From the human T2T-CHM13v2.0 reference genome, Homo sapiens: DNA of 64,000 nucleotides. Numbering within the stretch: position 1 is the stretch's first letter; each line of letters begins with the position of its first letter. The position numbers were made by a program, and so were the translations under genes. Positions 19,119 to 35,316 of this stretch are shown in pieces. The notes beneath the pieces are model-generated. The model had not been told where the DNA came from, did not search any database, and worked only from the letters and a program-made list of their open reading frames with translations. Location: NCBI RefSeq assembly GCF_009914755.1, contig NC_060938.1. One strand, written 5' to 3'.

Positions 19119-19265
19119 TGAGCCACTGCGCCCAGCTGGAAATAGCTTTTTATGAGGATAGTCTGGAATGTATATACCTTCCGCTAAAAAGCTATTTTTA
19201 GTAGCCATTTAAATTTATATCTCAAAAATTCAATGGACCAAAAGCAAATTATAAAACTTTCTATA

Positions 19266-19735
<470 letters not shown>

Positions 19736-20420
19736 CTATAGCATACTTCACAACTGCTCCCCATTCTGCCTCATTAACCTTTATTTTCTAGTAATACAAT
19801 TGCAAGAATATTTATAAAAAATACTATGCTTGGACAATTAAGTCAATATTTTCTAACAGTGAACTAATTTGAAGTTTAGAGTTAAAAAACAAAAACCTTA
19901 AATTAAGTTTATGTGATATCTCATTTTAAGTGGAAGAAACCAGAGCATTTGAGCGAGTCAGCTATTCACACAAAAAGAGTGTGAATTATGTCAATTACTT
20001 GTCAATGAGAAAAAAGGAAAAGATTGCTTTGTTTATAATTCCTTTTTTAGAGAAATACGTCAATGTAGCTCAAAGAATGTTTCCTTTTAAAAAAATGTAT
20101 TATTTTTAGTAGACACATGGTCTTGCTATGCTGCCCAGGCTGGCCTCAAACTCCTGGGTTCAAGCAATCCTTCCACCTCGGCCTCCCAAAGTGCTGGGAT
20201 TACAGGCATGAGCAACCATGCCTGGCCTAAAAGAATGTTTCATTTTTAACTGTTCTGAGACCCTTTATGGACTACAGAACCTTATTATTTCTCCAACTGG
20301 CATTTGACCTATTATAAGTCTAAATATCACAAGATGATAATCACTAGATTCTTACTGAAGACTAAATCCATTATTAAAAGATATATATAATACTAATAAG
20401 TCTCTTTTTTTCTTTTTTGA

Positions 20421-20612
<192 letters not shown>

Positions 20613-21164
20613 TGAACTCCTGGCCTCAAACAATCCTCCTGCCTCAGTCTCTCCAAGTGCTGGGATTATAGGCATGAGCCACTGAGCCCAGCCACAAAAA
20701 TCTTTAGAAAGAAAATTCTAGACACAAAATCCATGGCTTAAAACCTACATATTTCTAATTAGTTTCCAAATATCTGGATATTATTAATATGCTGCTTAAC
20801 CTCTTTAGTATTCAAAAGTATCTTATTAAAGCCTTATTAATTAGTGTGGCTGCAGAATCAACCAAATTAATTAAAACTACCAAAAACTTTAAAATTCTAA
20901 GTAGTATATTCAAATAAATAGGTATTCAATTGTTTGTGGGCTCAGCTTTGTGCCGTCCAGCCTATTGACACAAACATGTTAGATAGTCTTGCCTCCTTAC
21001 AGCAAGGTTAACATTTTAAGATCAGAGACAACAACACATTAAATATGAAAAGCCACCACAGATTTGACAAGTGATCTTTTGTTTCAACATAGTAACAGTA
21101 TTTTCAAACTAACCGGCCTCAATGTGAAAAATGCATAGGAAAAGGCTTCTTGTCTTTCCTCTAT

Positions 21165-21376
21165 TTTGAGCCATCCTGAACAATGAAAACGATTGTTACA
21201 ACAACAGGATGATGAAGCAGAAAACAAATAAAAGCCTGAGTTCCTGACAACTTTGTGGACCTATCATACCAGCCCTACACTACACACTTCTGGACTCATT
21301 TTACACAAGACAAAAACTTCCATTCTGTTTATGCCATTAAACACTTCCGTTATATGCATCCAAGGCAAATCCTGCT
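21165..21376 (+). mobile_element. MLT1J/K-like LTR 3' fragment
   Basis: Motif aaagcctgagttcctgacaactttgtggacc...ccagccct...cttctggact resembles old MaLR LTRs. Confidence 0.5.
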
Positions 21377-21657
21377 GTTAAGGAAAGGCAATCTATTAGG
21401 TGTGCTAGATATTTATTAAACACTGATCACTTTATAAACATTTGTGTAAAATTCACTTCATGAATCACAGAACCTGAATAAGGTTTTTAAATTTGAAAGT
21501 TACTGGCAATATAGATTTCAAGTCGTATCTGTTTCAGAAAATTGAAAATCTGAAGAGAAAGAGCAATATGAGAGAGCCCTGTAGAAATGTTCTGTATTAT
21601 AACTATATCAATGTCAGTATTCTGGTTGTGATACTGTACTATAATTTTGCAAGATAA

Positions 21658-22035
<378 letters not shown>

Positions 22036-22812
22036 TAATTTTAAAATACTGATGATAAACATTAACAAAATATTAACTCCAATTAAAAGTATTCATTCCA
22101 TGAGACAAATAAATACACGATGAAAGTAATAAATACTACACAAAGCTACAGTAATGATGACACTGTAGTATTGGTGAAAGGATTGCCAAACAGATCAATG
22201 GAAGAGAATAAAGTCCAGAAATAGGCTATAATTCAATTTATATTTTATTCTGGAAAAGGCAAACTTCAGGACAGAAAACAGATCAGTGGTTTGTCAAAGG
22301 CTAGAAGGTGAAGCAAGGGTTAACTACAAAGCGGCAGAAATGAATTTTGTGGAGGTTCATAGAAACGCTGTGTGTCCTGATTGTGGTGAGTTACATAACT
22401 GTGTCAAATTTCAGAACTTGGCCGGGCGCAGTGGCACACACCTGTAATCCCAGCACTTTGGGAGGCTGAGGCAGGTGGATTGCTTGAGCTCAGGAGTTCA
22501 AGACCTGCAACATGGTGAAACTCTATGTCTACAAAAAATACAGAATTTAGCCGGCATGGTAGTGTGTGCCTGTAGTCCCAGTTACTTAGGAGGCTGAGGC
22601 GAGAGGATGGCTTTAGCCCAGAAGGTGGAGGCTGAAGTGAGCTGAGATCACATCACTACACTCCAGCCTGGGCGACTAAGCCAGAACTATCTTTCAAAAA
22701 AAAAAAAAAAAAAAAGTAGGCCAGGCGTGGTGGCTCACACCTGTAATCCCAGCACTTTGGGAGGCCAAGGTGGGCGGATTATGAGGTCAGGAGATCTAGA
22801 CCATCCTGGCTA

Positions 22813-23095
<283 letters not shown>

Positions 23096-24124
23096 CTACC
23101 AAAAAGGGTGAATTTTAGCTTAGGCAAATTCTATAAAACTGATTTTTAAAATAAGAGTGAAAGTAACACATTTAGCAAAGTTTTATTAGTTTAAACTACT
23201 TAGAATAAAAGCTTATCTGAATACAAGTTTTTATTTGATTTAAATTATTCTTTAACTTAAAAGAAAAATAATTACTGCTTTTCTAAAAACCTGGCTAATT
23301 GAGGTAGGTCTACTTGTTAGATCTCATTGAAGTATAGATTGGTCCTGCCTATACTTATTAGAAGAAAAGCCACAGAGTTTTGTGTAATGCAAAAAATATG
23401 TAAAGGGAGTCCTAAAGTTTGTCTCCATCTCAACCGTAAGCATATAAAAATCAATCTTAAAAATCCCTGTTTTTTCAGAAAGAAGCATTATACCGGTGTT
23501 TTCTCTCTTACAACCTGAGTTAGTCAAATCAAAGTCAGGTGATTTATGTACATCAAAATAAAGTACATAAAAACAACTGAAAGAATTTACAATGAAATTA
23601 TTATATGCACAACTACCTAAGATGATAAAATTAGGCTGGGCGAGATGGCTCACACCTGTTATCCCAGCACTTTAGGAGGCCGAGGCAGGTGGATCACCTG
23701 AGGTCAGAAATTCGAGACTAGCCTGACCAGCGTGGTGAAATCTCGTTTCTACTAAAAATACAAAAATTAGCCTGGCATGGTGGTGGGCCCCTGTAATCCC
23801 AGCTACTCGGGATGCTGAGGTGGAGAATCGCTTGACCCAGGAAGCAGAGGTTGTGGTGAGCCAAAGTTGCACCACTGCACTCCAGCCTGGGCGACAGAGT
23901 GAGACTCTGTCTCCCCCCCAAAAACAAACAAACAAACAAACAAACAAACAAACAAAAAACTTATACTTATTACTCCCTTCTTAAATTCTTCTAGCTGGTA
24001 TTTTCTAGCTAGACCACCTACTTGTAGACCCCTTTTGGGGAGCTCAAACATAACCTTTTCTTTTGTTTGTTTAACCATCCTTAGGGTACATTTATAACAA
24101 CAAAATCAATATTTTTTTTTTTGA

Positions 24125-24283
<159 letters not shown>

Positions 24284-26379
24284 TAGTAAAGATGGGGTTT
24301 CACCATGATGGTCAGGATGCTCTCAAACTCCTCAAAATCAGTATTGTTAACTGACTCACTAACTGGAAGGAGATGAAGGAAATTGCAAGCATATCTTTGG
24401 AGAGAAAACTAAAATGTAAACATCAGCCCATTCTGATTGCCAATCATAGCAAATTATTAATGTAGGGCTAAATTATTTGGCACTACAATGCCCTTTATTC
24501 ATTCTATTTGAATATTAGTAACATAATCACTAGCCAAATAAGACTTACCTGTGTTTTCTTTTTTTTGGAGACAGTCTCGCTTTGTCGCCCAGGCTGGAGT
24601 GCAATGGTGCAATCTTGGCTCACTTGCAACCTCCGCCTCCTGGGTTCAAGCGATTCCCACCTCAGCCTCTCAAGTAGCTGGGATTACAGGCATGTGCCAA
24701 CATGCCCAGCTAATTTTTGTATTTTTAGTAGAGACAGGGTCTCACCATGTTGGCCAGGCTGGTCTCAAACTCCTAACCTCAACACACCTGCCTCGGCCTT
24801 GCAAAGTGCTGGGATTACAGGTGGTGAGCCACCGCGCCCAGCCTTATTTATGTTTCCTTAATGCATTTACCTTATTCAGTCCTATATCAGTTATTCATAT
24901 GTATTTCACTTATCCTTGCCTTGCAAACTCTATCCCTACTACAAATATAAACACCAATATAATGTCTGAGAACAATTAAGTACTGATCATTTACTCATAT
25001 TTAATTATCCTGTTGCATCTAGCACCATGGTTTTCAGAGAAGATACTTAAGTGGCTGAAATAAAAAATATATGATTCAAGACTCCATCCTATCAAGTTTT
25101 ATTTTAAAAAATTTTTTATATTTTTTAACTTTTTAATTATTTGGCATGCAAAGTTTTGTTTATAGCACCAATAAATATCTAAAATTATCCTTTTGTGTTT
25201 ATCTCCCTTGCACTAGAATCTAAGTCACAAGTCCCTGTCTTATTCATAACCCTTTTCCCAATGCCTACAACAGCAGCCAGCACACAATACTTACTGAATG
25301 GATTATATAAAATTTGCCTGTGTGTACTTTAAAGTACTAACTCAGAATACTGCCTACTACCTTCAAAGAAAAAAAAAGGCACAAACAATTGCATTTTTCA
25401 TCCCTGGAAATTCAAGTCAAAAGACAGAACGACAACAAATAAATGAAATATTTGTTTCCCCCATACTTGCTGTCACCTTTTGTTGCCACTAGACAGCATT
25501 CTTTCATCTGCTAGCAAAATACTAGAAAAGAAAAAGGCTTAAACATTGCAGAGTACGCAAGTAAAATAATGAAGATACCCTTTGATTAGTACAATGGTTA
25601 AGAATTTAAGCAGCAGGGCAACCCATTTATTGAAGCATTTTTCTCTTTGCTTCAATGATCAGATTAAGATGCTGACTTTCAAACCCTCAACAACATAACC
25701 TGAATCATTAAGAGCGAATGATTAAAAGCTTAATCTGACCACGCTTTGACAAAAATTATAAAATAGTCAAGTAAAGTGAAAAGTAAATCGTACGTGTTCA
25801 ATAAATGCATTTAACTATAATATCTTTTAATCCTGCTTAACTGCTATCCTTTAGTATGTTGTCATACACACTTATTCCTCCCAAACAGAAGCACAGAACA
25901 GGGCTCTGGTTCTGATACTGCCTGTGCTTGAAAACATCATCACTCATGACCTTGGGCAAATTTTAATTAATTAACATCTGTGTATGGGCTCTTCAAACTG
26001 TAAAATGACCAAATAAGCAACTATCACATGGCTATCCTGGGAATTAAATAATAGTACATGTATGCTCTCCCAAAGCCCTAGGGCTCATTCACATTTGAGG
26101 GGTGCCCACTCATTGAATTTACGGGAAAAAAAAAAGGGTATATGTCAAAAACCTAGAATAGTTCCTGCACATGGTCAGCTCTCAAAAGTTTAGTAGTCTT
26201 GTATTCATCTCCCTAAAATGACATACAGCAAGTTTCAAGAACAGTGACTATAATGTAAGAAAACTAGGGACTGGCTAAAAAAAAAAAAAAGATGAGTCAT
26301 CACAGCTGGCAGATTCTTCACTTGTCTGACAAATATAAGGAGGATCTAAAATTTACTGAGTTCCTTAGGTGCTAGGCAC

Positions 26380-26818
26380 TGTGGCAGACTGCTGCAGTTA
26401 CTGAACTGAATCACACCTTTCTGATCCCTTCCCACATTAACTCTGGATTTACTCATGTGACTTCCTTTGGCCAGTGTAACACTAACAAACATACAGCACG
26501 CTGAGGCTTGTACTTTCTTGCACTTTGGGGCTTGCTCTCTCTCGCTGCTGGGATCTTTCTACCATCTTGTGAACAAGTTAGGGCTAGTCGCCTGTAGAAT
26601 AATAGGTCACATGGAAGTGGACTTTAGCTACCTCAGTCTGAGGCCCCAGACATGTAAGGCTATCCTAGATTCTAGGACCTAGACAATCTAGTCCTAGCCA
26701 GGTCAGCCCAGACTCTAAGAACATTGCAGCCAACCACAGAATTGTAAGAGTAATGTTTACTGATTTAGGCCACTAACTTTTAGGGGTGGTTTGTTATACA
26801 GCAAAGGTAACTACTACA
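26380..26818 (+). mobile_element. MLT1 (MaLR) solo LTR
   Basis: TGTGGCAGACTG...catgtgacttcctttggcca...ggccactaacttttaggggtggtttgttatacagcaaaggtaactactaca. Confidence 0.75.
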
Positions 26819-27080
26819 ACCACCATATAAATATAGCTATTTTTTTCCAGTTTTACAGATTAGGAAAGAAGATTCCCAAAACTAGCAAGTCAGTTTGGCC
26901 CCAAAGACTCTTTCTACTATATCAAGCCATCTTTGCATGCCATTCTCTGAGGTTTTAGGCTCTGGTGGTTTTATCCTACAACCCTTATTTAACCCTTTCC
27001 TTTGTACCAGGAGACAGTATACTATGGTCCATGGCCAAATCCAGCTCATCACCTTTGCAAGCTAAGAATGGTTTAAACAC

Positions 27081-27456
<376 letters not shown>

Positions 27457-27637
27457 TTAGGAATAAATTTAACCAAAGAGGTGAAAGACTTGTACACTGA
27501 AAACTACTAAAACACTGATGAAAGAAATTGAAGACACAAATGGAAACATATTCTGTGTTCATGAATTCGAAGAGTTAATATTGTTAAAATGTCCATCCTA
27601 CCCAAAACAACTTACAGACTCAATGCAATCCCTATCA

Positions 27638-27781
<144 letters not shown>

Positions 27782-27915
27782 TTAAAAATTAGCCAGGTGT
27801 GGTGGCATAAGCCTAAAGTCCCAGCCACTGGGGAGGATAACCTGAGCCCAGAAGTTCGAGGTTACAGAGAGCTACTACATTCTAGCCTGGGCAACAGAGT
27901 GTGACCCTGTCTAAA

Positions 27916-27927
27916 CACACACACACA

Positions 27928-27963
<36 letters not shown>
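27916..27963. repeat. (CA)n microsatellite in place of an Alu tail
   Basis: Directly visible. Confidence 0.9.
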
Positions 27964-27967
<4 letters not shown>

Positions 27968-28450
27968 CCAACATTATTTTTCATAAAAATAGAAAAATAA
28001 TCCTAAAATTCATATGGTTAAAACATTTTAAATGGTTCAAAATAAAAATCAGAAGACTATTTTGTGATATGTAAAATAATATGCAACAAATTTTAGTGTT
28101 CCTTAATATTTTTGGAATACAGCCATATTCATTCATTTATCTATTATATATGACTACTTTTGCATTATAATAGCAGAGTTGGATAGTTGTGACAAAGACC
28201 ATATGGACCACAAAGCCTATGATATTTACTATTTGAACCTTTGTGTTTTTAAAATGTGCCAACTCCTGCTCGGAATTATTTAGAGAATATGTTTTTAATT
28301 TTAAAAGATTTTGCTCAGCCTTTAATGATGAGTAGTTTTGTATTTTTTCATACTTTTACTACTCTTTTCATTTTATTTAAAATTATTTTACACGTGTTAT
28401 TTCTCTTAATTCTTCAACTTTTTCTTTTTTTTTTTTTTTTGGAGGGGAAG

Positions 28451-28510
28451 AGGGGCTTTCCAGCAAAAACTGGAAAGCCTGCTAGACAATTCTAAAAGAG
28501 CTGTAACGCT
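28451..28510 (-). pseudogene. U7 snRNA processed pseudogene (RNU7-like)
   Basis: Minus strand reads AGCGTTACAGCTCTTTTAGAATTGTCTAGCAGGCTTTCCAGTTTTTGCTGGAAAGCCCCT: the U7 5' guide, Sm-like site and 3' hairpin. It is followed by CTTCCCCTCC and poly(A) (T-run 28425-28440). Confidence 0.92.
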
Positions 28511-28800
28511 TCTCTCCTTTATCTTTGGATGACCTCTGAATTTGTCTAAGAAAGACAATCCCAATTTTTAAACTAATTCTGATGCATACGTCAAATGAAT
28601 TCCACTTGTATTCAATAAATACTACAAGCCTCCTAGGCAGCATGGAAAACAAATGACAGTTTTACCTTGTCCTCAAAATTATTTCAAGTTTATCTATGAG
28701 AAAAGTTTTTTATTAAAAACTGGGATCTTGGCTGGGCGCAGTGGCTCACGCCTGTAATCCCAACACTTTGGGAGGCCGAGGTGGGCGGATCACGAGGTCA

Positions 28801-28977
<177 letters not shown>

Positions 28978-29993
28978 CTACAGCCTGGCGACAGAGCAAG
29001 ACTCTGTCTCAAAAAAAAAAAAAAAAAAAAGAAAAGAAAACTTTGATCTTATATGGCCCAATAGGAATGGATCATGATGGAGGCAGAAAAAGATGTAGGA
29101 GAGATTATTTTATCCAGAAGAGCCTCTAATTCCTCAGATCTGAAACTGTAGTAACCATGTAGATATGAAATCCCCAATGGGGATTTAAGGTCAGAAGTAG
29201 CTATACAGTCTCACCTCTTTCATGTGATGAGCCTATTATAATATTTGCCTGCCACTGATAACTAAGAACTTCAGAACCATTACTATTCTACTTCACCACC
29301 CTGCTGCTAATCAATTCTGAAAGACACAAAATAAAGCCAACGCTGAATATCCTTTCACATTAGAAAGGAGGTGAATCTCAGTTTACTTGCCACTCCCCAT
29401 TTTAATCATCTTTCTTAAATAAGATCTCCACAGTAATGACCGTAAGTCCTGGTGGAGACTCAGCTGACTGCATATGGCATCAGTGTAAAGAATAAAGAAA
29501 ATGCCATAAAAACTAACCACTCTCACCCCCAGCATTTACCAAGGACTTTCTTATGAGGCATTAGACAGATGCTCCTGATAGCCACTACAATTTGGAAGCC
29601 CTTAGAACACTGAAGAAATTTGTATGGTAAGTCTAAACTTCATTGAACTATTTTGTGAAGCATAAAGCAGTTGAGTCCATGCAGAAACATTTACAACATA
29701 GCTTTATATGCTATTTGAATTAAATGTTTAGAAACAGAGTCATTTTCCATTTTCATTTGTTTTTGTGACTATGTATGAATTTTTAGCGTATAAAAAAAGG
29801 GTTTCCCAGAAATGACTTCCCAATTTATACTATTATGCATAAGGGTTCTAAATGTTAACTGTTCAACTTGCAATGACAATCCAGGAGCCAATTAGGTTGG
29901 ATGGTCTCTGGTACATACAGCAAACCTAACGATATGTACCTAAAAAAGATAGTTCTACTCTAACTTAGATTCCAGAGAAAGAACAGTTATCCC

Positions 29994-30067
29994 TACCTGT
30001 GTAACAAACCTGCACATCCTGCACACGTACCTCAGAACTTAAAAAAAAATTAAAAATAATTTTTAAA
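29994..30067 (+). mobile_element. Extremely 5'-truncated L1PA 3' end (~47 nt plus A-rich tail)
   Basis: tacctgtgtaacaaacctgcacatcctgcacacgtacctcagaacttaaa; perfect 16-bp TSD aaagaacagttatccc (29978-29993 / 30068-30083). Confidence 0.85.
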
Positions 30068-30097
30068 AAAGAACAGTTATCCCAAATAACAATTTTA

Positions 30098-30379
<282 letters not shown>

Positions 30380-31474
30380 CTAGTCTTAAAAAAAAAAAAA
30401 AAAGTATCAACATATTAGGGTCATCAGGGTTTACTGAAAACAATGCTGAGATGTTGCTTAAGACTTTTTTGTCCTGGAACTAGCAATTTTTATCTTACGA
30501 ATTCAGTAGTATATACAGAAGGAGCAGGATTGAGAAAAAAAAAAGGTAGTGTAAGCTGACCAAATGAAAGCTTTCTTTCTGAAAAAGAACTACAATAAAT
30601 TTAATGTGTTGCTAAAAATCTATACTATCTTTGAGCCGAAATAAGAAGTCCCCCTCCTGTAATCCTTTCTGCTAATCTATATTTTTTTCTTCATATTTCT
30701 ACTCAACCCTTTCTCAAAAACTTCTACTTGATTAATCCCACATGTACCCAATCACTGGCATCCAAGCATGCATATTTAAATCAAAATAACTGTATTTGTT
30801 TCTCGCTTGAATCTTTTATGTTCATCTTACCGCATCAATATATTTAGCAGCTCTCTTTTGTCCTGAACATTAATGCATTTTATGATTCATTAACAGCACT
30901 TAATTTAGGCTAGCAATATAAAAGTACCCAAAGATAAAAAATCAATTTTCTCATTTTTAATTCTAATATACCCTGAGTACTTAACACTCTGTATCATAGG
31001 TTTGTGTGCAAATTTTCTCTCTCTTTTTTGAGATAGTGTCTCGCTCTGTCACCCAGGCTGCAGTGCAGTGGCACAATCTTGGCTCACTGCAACCTCTGCT
31101 TCCTGGGCTCTAGCAATCTTCCCACCTCAGTCTCCCAAGTACCTGGCACTACAGGCACGCACTACCAAGCCCAGCTAATTTTTGTATTGTTTTTATAGAG
31201 GCGGGGTTTTGTCATGTTGCTCAGGCTGGTCTTGAACTCCTGAGCCCAAGACATCCACCCACCTTGGCCTCCCAAAGTGCTAGGATTACAGGCATGAGTC
31301 ATTGCACCCAGCTAATTTTCTTTTACTTCATCTAAATTGCTTAAAGCATTCTACCAATGCAACATAGGAAGTCCACAGGAATATACTTTAATGGCTGAAT
31401 AGTTAAGAGCCCTAATTGGTTTATTACCACTTGATGCCTAAATTGATATCAGCTTATAAGATTAAAAATAACTA

Positions 31475-31645
<171 letters not shown>

Positions 31646-31816
31646 TCAGGAGGCTGAGGCAGGAGAATCACTTGAACCCAGGAGGCGGAGTTGCAGTGAG
31701 CCAAAATCGCGCCACTCCAGCCTGGGCGACAGAGCGGGACTCTGTCTCAAAAAATAATAATTATATAATTTTCATTTTACAAGGCAGTTCTAAAAACAAT
31801 ACTGAACCATAGTCTC

Positions 31817-31841
31817 ATGCTCACTTTGGCAGCACATATAT
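31817..31841 (+). pseudogene. U6 snRNA 5' fragment (tailless retropseudogene)
   Basis: ATGCTCACTTTGGCAGCACATATAT versus the U6 5' end GTGCTCGCTTCGGCAGCACATATAC (differences mostly CpG transitions). Flanked by imperfect 17-nt direct repeats at 31799-31815 and 31838-31854. Confidence 0.75.
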
Positions 31842-33249
31842 TGAACAATAATCTGTTATGTTTCTTGACTTGATAACATTTTATACATTTTAAATCCAAA
31901 TACTATGGGGATAATATTTGGGGAAACCTAGCTATAAATGAAACTGATGCAAATCCAATTCGGCCATTTTACTGATTTAACCTATATTAGGGAAAAGGTC
32001 TGTTAGTCAAAGCTGAAAGAAAAGGCAGCTTATTATCTTCAAAGAGAGAACTCACACCAGGCTAGCAAAAGAAGCTTTATCCGTCCTCAGAAAAAGGCAA
32101 TATTACAAGTAAGCTTTTTAGGAACAGTTTAACCAGTTCATGTAAAACCGATCAGAAACAGCACACGTGGCTAGGTGTGGTGGCTCACACTTATAATCCC
32201 AGCACTTTCAGGAGGCTGAGGCAGATCGCACAAGGCCGGTTGAAGACTAGCCTGAGAAACATAGGGAGACTATCTATAAACAATTTTTAAAATTAGCCAG
32301 GTGTGGTGGCACATGCCTATAGTCCCAGCTACTCGGGAGGCTGAAGCAGAAGGATTGCTTGAGCCTAGAAGTTCAAAGCTGCAGTGAGCTATGATCGCTG
32401 CATTCCAGACTAGGTGACAGAGTGAGACTGTCTCTCAAAAGAGGGGAAAAAGAAGACAAAAAGGCACACATCTGTGTGTTCTGATACGAGAAGACATCCA
32501 AACCATTACTAAGTGAAAAAGCTGCTTGCTAATTTTTTATGTTAGTATAGTATAGAAAAAACGGTTGAGAAATATGCACTAAATTTCTGATAGTGGTTAT
32601 CTCTCAATGGAATATTTGGAAAATGAACTCCAGGCTTTCATCTTTTGCATTTTTCTCTGATACATGAATCTTTTACTTTAATAGAAAAAAAAACAGATTT
32701 TAAAAAATTTATAAACTTTACTTCTGATGAGTGGAGCAAATCACATTTGAAAGTTCTGGGTCACTCATTATGATTATGAGGACTGAAATGAAAGCATCTA
32801 GCCCACTGCCTAGCATACAGGAAAAGCTCAATAAATGTTAGTGTACTTCCAGTTCTGCAATGTGTTCTAATGCAACCAAGTTTTATACCAACCCGCCAGT
32901 AGAGTTTTTTAACTGCTGCTTATTCCAGCTTCTCCTTTGCTATTAGGTCCCACTTTTGCTGCTGTCAGTATACCCACCTTTAGAAGTACCTTCTACCACA
33001 TATTGCTTCAAATCTGCCACAAACTCTTTCAGCTCCCAGAACATCTTAACTGTGCCTCTTTTATAGCAACTTATTCTCTTTCAGTTATTCATAAACCTTT
33101 ATTAGCTCCTTCAAACTTTGAGTGTCTACACAGAAAAATACTTGTATTCATTTTTGTATCCCCCATCAGAGCCCTACTATGACAGTCACTCAAATATCTG
33201 TACGCACAAATAGACATAAGCTATCCCTGTGACCAAAAAAAAAAGGTCA

Positions 33250-33600
<351 letters not shown>

Positions 33601-34484
33601 TTAATTTTAATATAGGACTTAGGTCAATAGGCTCTTGAATAGTTTTTATAGTCTAGTCAGAGGTAAAGCACATGGATGAACACTGTGGCAGTTACTTTCC
33701 TATCCAGTTTTAGATTTTCAGCTTACTTTTATGTCTAAAGTTGTATTCCAAAGAATTTGAACTATTAAGTAGTCTGTACGCTAGCTAAATAGAAGATTAT
33801 GTACTACAATATTACAGAGGTTCCTTAAGGGTAGTGCTGACTCTCCAAGTAGTCAAAATTTTAGAATCTCTGCCACTTCTCTGTAGCAAGTATCTTTTCT
33901 CTTGCACACACTCAACTTTCTCCCAGACGGAATTAGTATGTATTCCATAGCCATTACTGTGGTTGCAAAATGTAGACTTTCACAGACCCGGAAGATATCT
34001 ACGTTTTGACAGATACATAGATTCCTTCCAGACCCAAAGAACGATAGGTAGAACTGGTGAAGTAGAAGAGGTTAAAGGTGGAAATTATGCAGAAAAACAG
34101 CTACCTATCCACAAATTAACCATTTTGATATCTACTTCAAAGACTACATCAACATGCCAATTCTTATTTAAAAAGAGATGCTTGTAAAAAGGTCCGAAAA
34201 TGGCTAGGTACAGTGGCTCATGCCTGTAAATCCCAGCACCCTGAGAGACCGATGCTGGTAGATCACTTGAGGCCAGGAGTTCAAGACCATCTTGGCCAAC
34301 GTAGCGAAATCCCATCTCTGCTAAAAACATAAAAATTAGCCAGGCATGGTTGCAGGCGCCTGTAGTCCCAGCTACTTAGGAGGCTGAGGCACAATAATCG
34401 CTTAAACCCAGGATATGGAGGTTGTGGTGAGCTGTGATTACACCACTGCACTCTACCCTGGGCAACAGAGTGGGACCCTAGCTC

Positions 34485-34517
<33 letters not shown>

Positions 34518-35091
34518 AAAATGGGTTGCCCAAAGCCCACTTTAATTTTAAAAATTACCAAATTTATGATTATAGTTTGACTCAATTTTTCAGATTCTCT
34601 CAAACTCTAATTCTATCTTTGGACTGAATGATGACTACACAATGAGTCCAAAATGTTCCTTTGTTGTATGATTTCCACATCTTTTTTCCTGATTTAATTC
34701 TCCAGTTCCAGGGGAGGGGACAGAAGATGGGTGAATCATCCAAGTATTTGAGTTCCAGTTCACCATTCTTCCAGCGTTTCGTTAAACAATGATTGTGTTT
34801 GCTCAAAAAAAAAAGACAATGAGAACAAGGCACAGTGGCCCATGCCTGTAGTCCAAGCTACTCAGGAGGCTAAGGTGGGAGGGAGGATCCCTTGAGCCCA
34901 AGAGGCCATCTGGGCAACATAGTGAAGTAAAAAAAAAAGGAAATAATACTTAGATGCCTTAAAATCTGTTTGCATGGCGTTCTTAGAAGACCACATAGGC
35001 CGGGCGTGGTGGCTCATGCCTGTAATCCCAGCACTTTGGGAGGCTGAGGCGGGCGGATCACGAGGTCAGGAGATCGAGATCATCCTGGCTA

Positions 35092-35316
<225 letters not shown>

